20,000 bases of DNA, taken from IMG/VR virus record IMGVR_UViG_3300027867_000004; one strand, 5' to 3'. A program made the translations under genes and the position numbers. The notes beneath the pieces are model-generated. The model was not told where the DNA came from. It worked only from the letters and a program-made list of their open reading frames with translations, and made no database searches. Source of the DNA: an uncultured virus (IMG/VR IMGVR_UViG_3300027867_000004). Taxonomy: Duplodnaviria > Heunggongvirae > Uroviricota > Caudoviricetes. Positions 1 to 7,703 of the stretch are shown one piece after another. Numbering within the stretch: position 1 is the stretch's first letter; each line of letters begins with the position of its first letter.

Positions 1-2
1 TA

Positions 3-104
3 TCATCAGTGGTCATCAAATACGTTGAAGCTAATCACTTTAAAACCAGCACGGTGTTCATATCCGTCAACTCCGCCACTTTAGATGTACTGTCTAATCA
101 GTAA
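3..104 (+). CDS. 3' end of a gene entering from the left (…SSVVIKYVEANHFKTSTVFISVNSATLDVLSNQ*)
   Basis: Open frame from the window edge to TAA at 102-104, followed directly by a terminator. Confidence 0.4.
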   Translation, partial: SSVVIKYVEANHFKTSTVFISVNSATLDVLSNQ

Positions 105-122
105 GGATTATTAAAAAGCTTT

Positions 123-150
123 AAGCCCGGAGGTGACTCCGGGCTTTTTC
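123..150 (+). terminator. Intrinsic terminator
   Basis: AAGCCCGGAG-gtga-CTCCGGGCTT perfect 10-bp stem followed by a T run. Confidence 0.85.
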
Positions 151-593
151 TTGTAAAAAATTTTTTTATGTTCATGTGGAGCCGGTAAAATTTTTTTTAA
201 AATTTTTTTTTCTGTTATACTGGTATAGAGCCGGTGTAACCACTTCAAACACCCGGCCCTGAAAACCCAAAGGAAAAACACTTTCCGCAGGACCGGGTAC
301 CCTGGCCATAAAAAGCAATCCCGCATACCTCAACACCTCATCCCATAAGCTACCAAAAAGCTATATGGCAAAGCTACACAGCTATTTAAGGCTCCATAGT
401 TACCAGGCTGTTAGCTACCCCCGGCTGTTAATAGCCAGGCTAATTATAAGGCTTTGATGGTCCAGGCTGCCGGACTTTGATGGTCCGGGATCCGGTTAAC
501 AGTATAACTTATAGTTATAACCGTGATCTATCACTATAACGTGCGGTTATGAGTGTGTTAAAATGTGTACATTATTACTTTTATTGATAATGA

Positions 594-1028
594 ATGCATA
601 AATTTGGTGCTATGGAGCCGGTAAAAAGGACTAACACTACAGCAACTGCTGTCATAAGTGATTATGACGCACTAAAAAAGCATTTAGAAGCTCATTTGAA
701 AATATACAGTCCAGCTACCTCCATTATAACCTCAAATATTAAGCAAATACCAGGAAACAGACCTACCTACTTATACAGAATATTAGTCACAATAGCTAGT
801 TTAGATAAGCCGTGTGAGTTTAATATAAGGAAGGCTATCAAAGGTAATAGTGTTTCAATATTAAGTGCAGTTAACAGCTTACAGCAGGAAGGTTATATAA
901 AAATGATCAAAAAACCTAGATTAATACACCAATTAAACCGCATAAAACTGGAAAAAGCTTATATACTAACACCCAAAGGCAAGCAAGTACTTTGTAAAAT
1001 AATTTCCCCACTTTTCCCCAAAGTGTAG
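594..1028 (+). CDS. Putative winged-helix (MarR-like) DNA-binding protein
   Basis: 144 aa; C-terminal SILSAVNSLQQEGYI…AYILTPKGKQVL resembles a wHTH recognition helix, wing and LTxKG motif. Confidence 0.5.
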   Translation: MHKFGAMEPVKRTNTTATAVISDYDALKKHLEAHLKIYSPATSIITSNIKQIPGNRPTYLYRILVTIASLDKPCEFNIRKAIKGNSVSILSAVNSLQQEGYIKMIKKPRLIHQLNRIKLEKAYILTPKGKQVLCKIISPLFPKV

Positions 1029-1105
1029 AATAATTTCCCTCCACATTTTTATGCACATGATACATAAAACGCGCATAATGTGCTAAATACGCATAATACG
1101 CATAT

Positions 1106-1120
1106 TGGCATGATGTTTGC
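1106..1120 (+). promoter_or_regulatory. Sigma-54 (-24/-12) type promoter upstream of the ArdC-like gene
   Basis: TGGCATG-ATGT-TTGC matches TGGCAYR-N4-TTGC with exact spacing, 50 nt before the ATG at 1171. Confidence 0.55.
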
Positions 1121-1170
1121 CTATGTATCAGCATGGTTGCAATGGTTGCAACCTTTAAAACGACCAGAAA

Positions 1171-1608
1171 ATGAAAAAATCAGCAATCCCTTTTGACTTG
1201 TATGAAGTAGTTACAAGCAAAATTTTAGCTCAGATCGAAGCTACAGGTAAACTCACTTGGGTTAAACCTTGGAACAACAAAAACGGTAATATTCCTATGA
1301 ACGGGAAAACTAAAAGGCCTTATGACGGCGTGAATTTCTTTTTACTCCAAATGTCTGGCTTTAGTTCAAACTATTGGCTAACCTATAATCAAATCACTGA
1401 AATGGGAGGCACTGTTAAAAAAGGTGAGCACGCTACACAAGTTGTGTTCTGGAAAATGAACCTTTACAAAGACGTTGATAAAAAGACAGGAGAAGAGACT
1501 GTTAAAAAAGTTCCTTTTCTAAAATATTACAACGTTTTCAATGTTGATCAGTGCGAAGGCATTATTAAAGTTAAAAACAACGTCATTACAATAAAAAAAT
1601 TAAAATGA
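1171..1608 (+). CDS. ardC: ArdC-like ssDNA-binding antirestriction protein, N-terminal (DUF1738) domain only
   Basis: Motifs WVKPW, PMNGKTKRPYDGVN, WLTYNQ, GGTVKKGEHA and YYNVFNVDQCEG; the protein ends before any metallopeptidase domain. Confidence 0.85.
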   Translation: MKKSAIPFDLYEVVTSKILAQIEATGKLTWVKPWNNKNGNIPMNGKTKRPYDGVNFFLLQMSGFSSNYWLTYNQITEMGGTVKKGEHATQVVFWKMNLYKDVDKKTGEETVKKVPFLKYYNVFNVDQCEGIIKVKNNVITIKKLK

Positions 1609-1814
1609 GCCTCATTGATGGACTAATCCTTTATACATTGGACCAGGTTAACCATGTTAGCCAGCACTCCATGCTCATGCGGTTTTACAAGTTAGAAAAA
1701 GAAATTGATCACTTGTATGAAACCAGAAGTTACAAGGAAAATTTTCATGATGTAAATCTATATTTTATGGAAATTGAAGCCCGTGCAATATTAAAAGCTT
1801 TGGATATCATCTAA
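1605..1814 (+). CDS. Hypothetical protein
   Basis: 69 aa; ATGA overlap with the upstream stop. Confidence 0.65.
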   Translation: MSLIDGLILYTLDQVNHVSQHSMLMRFYKLEKEIDHLYETRSYKENFHDVNLYFMEIEARAILKALDII

Positions 1815-1910
1815 AATACTGCCGGTTACCTGGTCGTTCCCGGTAGCTTTGCCCCGCGGCCCGACTCCTTAAAACGGATCGGGCTTAAGGCAGTAAAAAA
1901 CTTAATCAAA

Positions 1911-2045
1911 ATGGAAACTTACCAATTATTAACAGCTATTGTCCTGATCGTAGGACTAATTGCAATCAGTTCTAATGTGAACTGGAAAAACGAATTAACC
2001 GATTTAACAAATCTTTTTAAATCACAGGATCATGAAGACCATTGA
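1911..2045 (+). CDS. Small membrane protein (44 aa, METYQLLTAIVLIVGLIAISS…)
   Basis: Translated by hand; A-rich leader and hydrophobic N-terminal helix; below the ORF-track cutoff. Confidence 0.6.
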   Translation: METYQLLTAIVLIVGLIAISSNVNWKNELTDLTNLFKSQDHEDH

Positions 2046-2181
2046 AAATCCGCAAATCACTGATGACGGATGTTACACCATTTACAATGGCAACATGCAT
2101 GAAGTGTACCAGGACCAGGAAGGCGCGTTTTACATCATCGATTTTGAAAACGCAAACGAAGTAATTTATTTAAACATATGA
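2032..2181 (+). CDS. Small acidic hypothetical protein (49 aa, MKTIENPQITDDGCYTIYNG…)
   Basis: Translated by hand; its stop overlaps the next ATG (ATGA 2178-2181). Confidence 0.6.
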   Translation: MKTIENPQITDDGCYTIYNGNMHEVYQDQEGAFYIIDFENANEVIYLNI

Positions 2182-2360
2182 CAAATTTAAAAATAAACCA
2201 GACCCGCAAGGCGGTAGACCTGGATCAAAAAATCATTGACCTGTTAGCAGTTCAGGCAATTGAATTAGGTCACCGTAATTTTAAAAATTATGCTGAATTG
2301 TTATTAACTGCTCAGGCCTATAAAACTACTATTGATCAACTTAAAAACTTAAGCAAATGA
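2178..2360 (+). CDS. Small protein, possibly ribbon-helix-helix DNA-binding
   Basis: 60 aa; RKAVDLDQKIIDLLAVQA…NFKNYAELLL fits a strand-helix-helix pattern; coupled to neighbours on both sides. Confidence 0.6.
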   Translation: MTNLKINQTRKAVDLDQKIIDLLAVQAIELGHRNFKNYAELLLTAQAYKTTIDQLKNLSK

Positions 2361-2569
2361 AAACGCTACTCATCGCTTTAATGATCATGTCATCCTTTAG
2401 CATTGGTTTTTGTTTAAAAGGTCTCCAGGTTCAAACAGAAAAGGTGCACATCCTAAAACAAGTGATAGACGAAAGAGGCCTTATTTCCGTCATTTACATC
2501 CAGGGAGGTAGTGAATATGCACAGGATTATTTAACCGAAACAGAATATTTGAAATTAATTAACTCCTGA
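2357..2569 (+). CDS. Hypothetical protein with N-terminal hydrophobic/signal segment
   Basis: 70 aa; MKTLLIALMIMSSFSIGFCL. Confidence 0.65.
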   Translation: MKTLLIALMIMSSFSIGFCLKGLQVQTEKVHILKQVIDERGLISVIYIQGGSEYAQDYLTETEYLKLINS

Positions 2570-2641
2570 ATTTGCATTTCTCGTTTTTTATTCTAACCTT
2601 TGAATTCCCGCTCTTTCAATGGCTGTACCAAAAAATATACA

Positions 2642-2963
2642 ATGTTTACAGATGTTTACAGATGTTTACACATCAAAAATAAACATCTGTAAACATTAAA
2701 AACAGCCCTCACATCACAAATTTCACGGTTTTTTAGCAAATGTTTACAGTTTACACTTATCACGCGCGCGTGCGCACACGCACACGCGAGACACAATTTT
2801 TATTTTTAACCCTTTTAAAATAAATAAAAAAAAAATTTCTCCTATAGCGCGAAGAAAACATCTGTAAACATCTGTAAACTGTAAACATATTGCCTTATTA
2901 TATATTTAAACGCACTATTTATGTTTACAGATGTGTTTACAGATATAGCGATGTTTACAGATG
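2642..2963. repeat. Iteron array (ATGTTTACAG unit, both orientations), putative replication origin
   Basis: About 12 full or partial copies. Forward TGTTTACA at 2643, 2653, 2663, 2741, 2922, 2934 and 2952; reverse at 2688, 2863, 2873 (variant) and 2880. Non-coding and just upstream of the HTH and primase genes. Confidence 0.8.
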
Positions 2964-3007
2964 AAAATTTATTTTGTATTTTAAATAATACTTTTTAGAT
3001 TAGCCGA

Positions 3008-3169
3008 ATGGATCAGGAACTTATATTAAAGGTCAACCAGTCAGGCCTGAAAAAGAAATTCATTGCTCAAAAACTGGAAATTACACCTAATCACCTTTAT
3101 CAATCCTTGCTTGGAAACCGCCGGTTATCCTCTAAAAAACAAGATGCTTTACGTAAACTGTTAAATTAG
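3008..3169 (+). CDS. Cro-like helix-turn-helix protein (53 aa)
   Basis: Translated by hand: MDQELILKVNQSGLKKKFIAQKLEITPNHLYQSLLGNRRLSSKKQDALRKLLN; stop lies 1 nt before the primase ATG. Confidence 0.75.
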   Translation: MDQELILKVNQSGLKKKFIAQKLEITPNHLYQSLLGNRRLSSKKQDALRKLLN

Positions 3170-3170
3170 T

Positions 3171-5318
3171 ATGGAAACAGAAATAAGCCTTTACCCAAAT
3201 GCCTGGGCGACTGTGACGACCGATAAAATCACCGTTACTGAATTTTTAGACCGGATCAAAACCGGCTATTGGCAGGATCAGGTTCTTCCCGTACGCGCCG
3301 CGGTAGAAAAAAAGCTTTCAAAAGATGAACTTGACGCGCTAAAAAAGAAACTACCGGGATCGACCGCATCCGGCACTTTCAAAGTGCGGAACAAATTACC
3401 ATCCAACCTGATCAGGCATTCCGGTTACCTGGCCGTAGACATAGATAAACTAAGCGATTTAAAGGCCACCAGGGAACAGTTGATGCAAGACAGCCTTTTC
3501 TACGCTCTGTTTATTTCGTGTTCAGGAAGGGGCCTTTGCGGGCTTGTGCGAATAAACCCGAAGGCACATCTTGAATCGTTCAACTTTATGTCTGAACACA
3601 TGTTTGAAAAATACGGGCTGAACATTGACGAAAACTGTAAAGACGAATGCCGTCTCCGTTTTGTTTCGTATGATCCGGACCTGTACATCAACCCGGAGGC
3701 GCAGCTTGCCCCAATCAAACCCACTTTAAAAAAAGAAAGGCACGAGCCAAAAAAATACCAATACACCGATCAGGATTTCCAGCGCATCCTGAAAGACATT
3801 GACCAGGCGCAGCTGGACCTGACCAAAAACTATAACGACTGGATCTATTGCGGGTTTTCCCTGGTCAGTAAATTCGGCGAAACGCCGGGCCGTGAGTATT
3901 TTCACCAGATCAGTCAATATCATCCGGAGTATGACCCGGATAAGGTAGACTATAAATATACTCACCTGTTGAACACCAAAAACGGGGAGCACACCATAGA
4001 CTGGTTCTATCACATCATTGAAAAAAACGGCCTGGTAGCCTACGGCAAGGAAACGCTGGACTTCATCCAGCAGGAACTGGCTGAAAAACGGGCTTATGAC
4101 GCCGGGCTTACTGATGTCAAACCTTTATCTTACGCCTCGATAAGCCTGATCGACATACCGCCGACCGACCCGATCATCCAGGTTAAAAATTTTGTGCACA
4201 AGGCCTACACGGTAAGGAAGAACGAAATGACCGGATCCCTGGAGATAAACGGGGAAACGCTGGACGACGAGCTGCTGAACACCGTGTACATTCTTTGCCG
4301 GTCTGTGATCGATAAAATTAACGGACGGGATATTGTCTATCACGTGCTGGACTCCCGGTTTACCCCGCGCTATCACCCGGTCAAGGACCTGATAAGCCAT
4401 TATGAAAACCAGCCCCCTGAAAACCCTACAGGTCACATTGAGGCTCTTGTAGCCTGTCTGCACACCACAACGACTTACGCGGCCTCTTTTATAAAAAAAT
4501 GGCTTGTAGCCATGGTTGCAAGCGCCTACGGGCAGCACAGCGCGTTGATACTGATCCTGCAGGGGCCACAAAACAGCGGTAAAACCGAATTTTTCAGAAG
4601 ATTGCTTCCCGCGTGCCTCAAAGAGTACTATGCAGAGAGTAAAATGGACGAGGGCAAGGACGACTTGATCCTGATGAGTAAAAAGCTCATTATCATGGAC
4701 GACGAGCTAAGCGGCAAGAGCAAGCAGGAGGAACGGAAAATGAAGTCCATCTCTTCCAAACAAACGCTGGACCTCAGGGTCCCTTTCGGCCGCACGCACT
4801 CCACACTGAACCGTATAGCAATGCTTGGAGCTACCGCCAATGATGACGAGATCGTGGATGACCCGACCGGCAACCGCCGGCAGATCGTTATAGGTATACA
4901 GAAAATAGACTTTGATGCTTATAACGCAGTGGACAAGGAATTATTGCTGTATGAATGTTACCTGGAGTATATAGCGGGCTATAATTATGAAATGACAGCT
5001 GACGACATACGTCTGCTGGAGTCCGGAGGTGAGCAGTTTAAAAAATCGGTGGTGGAGGAAGAACTTTTAGTAAAATATTTTTGCCCTCCTACGGAGCAGA
5101 CTAAGGCCCATACAGTAGAGCTGTGCAGCTCGGAGATATATGAGTATTTGAAAGTGCACACCAAGCTGAACATTAACAGCATTACCCTGGGCAGGTACCT
5201 GAAAAAACTGGGCTTTGAGCAGAAACACCGCAGGACCGGCAAAACAACCATCCGGAAATACCAGGTGGTGCGAGTAATGGACTTGGAGGATGATCAAAAT
5301 ATGGAGGACCTGATATGA
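3171..5318 (+). CDS. Primase-helicase: BT4734/VirE N-terminal primase domain + PriCT-2 + VapE/VirE P-loop domain
   Basis: SGYLAVDID, SCSGRG and KDECRLRFVSYDPD (primase); YNDWIYCGFSL…GREYFHQIS (PriCT-2); Walker A GPQNSGKT, Walker B IIMDDE and DPTGNRR (VapE). Confidence 0.88.
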   Translation: METEISLYPNAWATVTTDKITVTEFLDRIKTGYWQDQVLPVRAAVEKKLSKDELDALKKKLPGSTASGTFKVRNKLPSNLIRHSGYLAVDIDKLSDLKATREQLMQDSLFYALFISCSGRGLCGLVRINPKAHLESFNFMSEHMFEKYGLNIDENCKDECRLRFVSYDPDLYINPEAQLAPIKPTLKKERHEPKKYQYTDQDFQRILKDIDQAQLDLTKNYNDWIYCGFSLVSKFGETPGREYFHQISQYHPEYDPDKVDYKYTHLLNTKNGEHTIDWFYHIIEKNGLVAYGKETLDFIQQELAEKRAYDAGLTDVKPLSYASISLIDIPPTDPIIQVKNFVHKAYTVRKNEMTGSLEINGETLDDELLNTVYILCRSVIDKINGRDIVYHVLDSRFTPRYHPVKDLISHYENQPPENPTGHIEALVACLHTTTTYAASFIKKWLVAMVASAYGQHSALILILQGPQNSGKTEFFRRLLPACLKEYYAESKMDEGKDDLILMSKKLIIMDDELSGKSKQEERKMKSISSKQTLDLRVPFGRTHSTLNRIAMLGATANDDEIVDDPTGNRRQIVIGIQKIDFDAYNAVDKELLLYECYLEYIAGYNYEMTADDIRLLESGGEQFKKSVVEEELLVKYFCPPTEQTKAHTVELCSSEIYEYLKVHTKLNINSITLGRYLKKLGFEQKHRRTGKTTIRKYQVVRVMDLEDDQNMEDLI

Positions 5319-5728
5319 AAAAATACGTACTTGGTTTTGCTTTTTCCGAAGATAAAAAAGCAGTTGTATTAATACTTAAAGATAAACCAGACTGGCAGAA
5401 AGGGAAGTGGAACGGTGTAGGTGGGAAAGTTGAGCTCAGCGACCAAAGCAATGCTCAGGCCATGGTTAGGGAATTTTATGAGGAAACCGGAGTGCAGACC
5501 GAGCTCACTGACTGGAAAAGATTTGCTGAGCTGGACTTTCCTGAAGCTGAGGTATTTTGTTTTAAAATGTTTAGTAATGCTATTAAGGACTGTTCAACTT
5601 GTGAAAGTGAGGTGGTGGATCTCTGCTCCGTTAAAAATGTCTTTAAACGGAATTTGGTTGATAATCTTCATGTATTAATACGTCTGGCCCTTCAGTCCGA
5701 GTTTAGTTATACAATTTTAATGCAATAA
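5315..5728 (+). CDS. Nudix hydrolase (MutT-like)
   Basis: GKWNGVGGKVE…AMVREFYEETG Nudix box. Confidence 0.9.
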   Translation: MKKYVLGFAFSEDKKAVVLILKDKPDWQKGKWNGVGGKVELSDQSNAQAMVREFYEETGVQTELTDWKRFAELDFPEAEVFCFKMFSNAIKDCSTCESEVVDLCSVKNVFKRNLVDNLHVLIRLALQSEFSYTILMQ

Positions 5729-5803
5729 AAATATTTTTAATAAAAAACTTGTAAATATTAAAAATAAGTTTTAGCTTTACTTTCGTATTAACCAACACAG
5801 ATT

Positions 5804-5947
5804 ATGAAAGCATTACTTCAACAAATGTATGACCAGGCAAACTGGTACGGATATGCAACCAGAAACGGGAAACGATATTATAGCTATAAAATTAGCTCTA
5901 TTGCTGCACGTTTAAGAATTACACTTGAATATAACTGCCCTGCCTAA
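5804..5947 (+). CDS. Small hypothetical protein (47 aa, MKALLQQMYDQANWYGYATRNG…)
   Basis: Translated by hand; follows an AT-rich promoter-like gap. Confidence 0.55.
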   Translation: MKALLQQMYDQANWYGYATRNGKRYYSYKISSIAARLRITLEYNCPA

Positions 5948-5958
5948 ACACAATATTT

Positions 5959-6270
5959 ATGATAGCAAGTTATGCAAAACCACTGAGTGACCTGGCAAAA
6001 AGAGGTGCTCAGATCGCGAAAGAAAAAGGCATTGATTGCGGGAAAATGTGCAGCGAATGCGCGTGTAAATGGGAACAAGAACGTAATCTGTTTTATTTTA
6101 TAGCTGCTGATAATGCAGCAGATAAATTAATGAACGGCGGTGAGTTTATGTGTCATACCAGCGACTTTAAATGTGCAGATAAACCTTGTGCTGGTTTTCT
6201 GATGGCGAAATTAGCCATGGATGAGCAGGATAAAATAGAAGCGGAACGAGTCAAAACTGTTGTAGTATAA
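5959..6270 (+). CDS. Cys-rich putative metal-binding protein
   Basis: CSEC…FMCH…PCAGF pattern. Confidence 0.65.
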   Translation: MIASYAKPLSDLAKRGAQIAKEKGIDCGKMCSECACKWEQERNLFYFIAADNAADKLMNGGEFMCHTSDFKCADKPCAGFLMAKLAMDEQDKIEAERVKTVVV

Positions 6271-6444
6271 ATTTCAGCCTGCCTAACACGCGGGCTTTTC
6301 AGGTGAAATAGAATTGGTAAGCTATCAGATTTAAAAATGGAGGTGCCATGAAGTAAACAAGTCATAAAATTTGAAACTAAAGGTAAAATTACGCAAACCA
6401 GGGTCAGCCATCGAGCTGGCCTTTGGTAGTGAGGAGCAATTAAT

Positions 6445-6630
6445 ATGATACTTTATACTAAGGATGAGTTATTTAATCTGCTTGAAGCAGTAGACTGTCA
6501 CTCGGACGTAATCGAAATAAATCATTATGTCCTGATCCATTGCGATGATTATCCTACGGATCTGATCTCATTGCTTTTAAGGGACATTAATTTGCTGCAC
6601 GTGTTATATTCTAATGAAGCAGATACGTAA
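6445..6630 (+). CDS. Hypothetical protein
   Basis: 61 aa, acidic; overlaps the next gene. Confidence 0.55.
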   Translation: MILYTKDELFNLLEAVDCHSDVIEINHYVLIHCDDYPTDLISLLLRDINLLHVLYSNEADT

Positions 6631-6931
6631 CAATACAATGCATTGCGCTTACTGTAAACGTAAGCTATACGGGAAAGGAACTATTGAGCATTTTTACCCA
6701 TTAGTAATGGGTGGTCCTAACAGGGTCTGGAACCGCATCATTGTTTGTAAAAGGTGCAATCATACTAAGGGCGGACATATGCCAGAGGTTTTTGTTCAGA
6801 TATTGGAAAAGAAACTTTTACGTGCTCAGGCAGCTAGTGATTATGCTGAGGACCTCCGGGATATGATAAAAAGTATCCAGAGTCTGATCCAGGAGAAACA
6901 AGATTATTTTAAAATAAAAGAGTTATTATGA
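6614..6931 (+). CDS. HNH endonuclease (Zn-binding CxxC…HNH type)
   Basis: CAYC…TIEHFYPLVMGGPNRVWNRIIVCKRCNHTKG. Confidence 0.88.
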   Translation: MKQIRNNTMHCAYCKRKLYGKGTIEHFYPLVMGGPNRVWNRIIVCKRCNHTKGGHMPEVFVQILEKKLLRAQAASDYAEDLRDMIKSIQSLIQEKQDYFKIKELL

Positions 6932-7263
6932 AAAATTTCAAAGATGTACTTAAAAAATTAAAAATCTCTCAGGAAGATTTTGATAAGGCTAATAGTGGCC
7001 TTTCCGACGATGAGGTTGCTTACAGGCAGTTAAAACTAATTGCCAAAGCACTTAATGGTGACTGGGTAGCAGATTTTTCTGATGGTAATCAGAGAAAGTA
7101 TGAACCATATTTTTACTATAGCGGTTCTGCTTTTGTGTTCAACTGCTACGACAGCTGGCTCCAGTTTACGGACGTTGGCTCGCGGCTTTGCTATAAAGAT
7201 GCTGCTACAGCTGAATTAGCTGGTAAAAACTTCATTGACATTTATAATAAATTTTTAAAATAA
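6928..7263 (+). CDS. Putative DGR target protein, paralogue 1
   Basis: 111 aa; shares LNxxW…KYxPYF…SAFVF-variable-VGSRLC…AGKxFIDIYNK with the next two genes; contains VR1. Confidence 0.8.
   Translation: MKNFKDVLKKLKISQEDFDKANSGLSDDEVAYRQLKLIAKALNGDWVADFSDGNQRKYEPYFYYSGSAFVFNCYDSWLQFTDVGSRLCYKDAATAELAGKNFIDIYNKFLK
7120..7197 (+). repeat. DGR-like variable region VR1
   Basis: agc ggt tct gct ttt gtg ttc aac tgc tac gac agc tgg ctc cag ttt acg gac gtt ggc tcg cgg ctt tgc tat aaa. Confidence 0.8.
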
Positions 7264-7703
7264 TGAAAATCCCTGTAGAAATTAATGGTAAGACGGTTAC
7301 TATCGAGCTTACTGAAGATCAGGTTGCTTTAGTTAAAAAGCACACTGGAAAGATTACGGACCGTATCAAAACTTTCCAGGATGTGCTGGAATATATTGGT
7401 CCTAAAAGAGCAAAGCAGTTTGATGACTCCTGTGAAAATTGCTCTGATCATAATATAGCGGACAAGCAGATAGAACTGATTTGCGAGGTTTTAAATGAAG
7501 GTTGGGTTGCTGATCCGTTCAATACCAGTCAAATTAAGTACTATCCGTATTTCCAGGTTAGCAGTTCTGCTTTTGTGTTCTACTACTACTACAGCTGGTG
7601 CCAGTTTACGGACGTTAGCTCGCGGCTTTGCTTTAAAAATTCTGATCTGGCTATTTATGCTGGTAAACAATTCATAGACATTTACAACAAACTATTATCA
7701 TGA
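7263..7703 (+). CDS. Putative DGR target protein, paralogue 2
   Basis: 146 aa; contains VR2 (FVFYYYYSWCQFTDVSSRLC). Confidence 0.8.
   Translation: MKIPVEINGKTVTIELTEDQVALVKKHTGKITDRIKTFQDVLEYIGPKRAKQFDDSCENCSDHNIADKQIELICEVLNEGWVADPFNTSQIKYYPYFQVSSSAFVFYYYYSWCQFTDVSSRLCFKNSDLAIYAGKQFIDIYNKLLS
7560..7637 (+). repeat. DGR-like variable region VR2
   Basis: agc agt tct gct ttt gtg ttc tac tac tac tac agc tgg tgc cag ttt acg gac gtt agc tcg cgg ctt tgc ttt aaa. Confidence 0.8.

Noticed and set aside
111..326. 71-aa minus-strand ORF
   Set aside because: Crosses the terminator and poly-A/T tracts; low-complexity translation
1228..1242. GCTCAGATCGAAGCT recurring near 17331-17345 (minus strand) and nearly at 18231
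   Set aside because: Each copy encodes AQIEA in unrelated proteins; likely chance or codon bias
2642..2963. CRISPR array
   Set aside because: Units are about 10 bp, in both orientations, with no regular unique spacers
3500..5451. Several minus-strand ORFs over the primase and Nudix genes
   Set aside because: Antisense shadows of well-supported genes; no motifs
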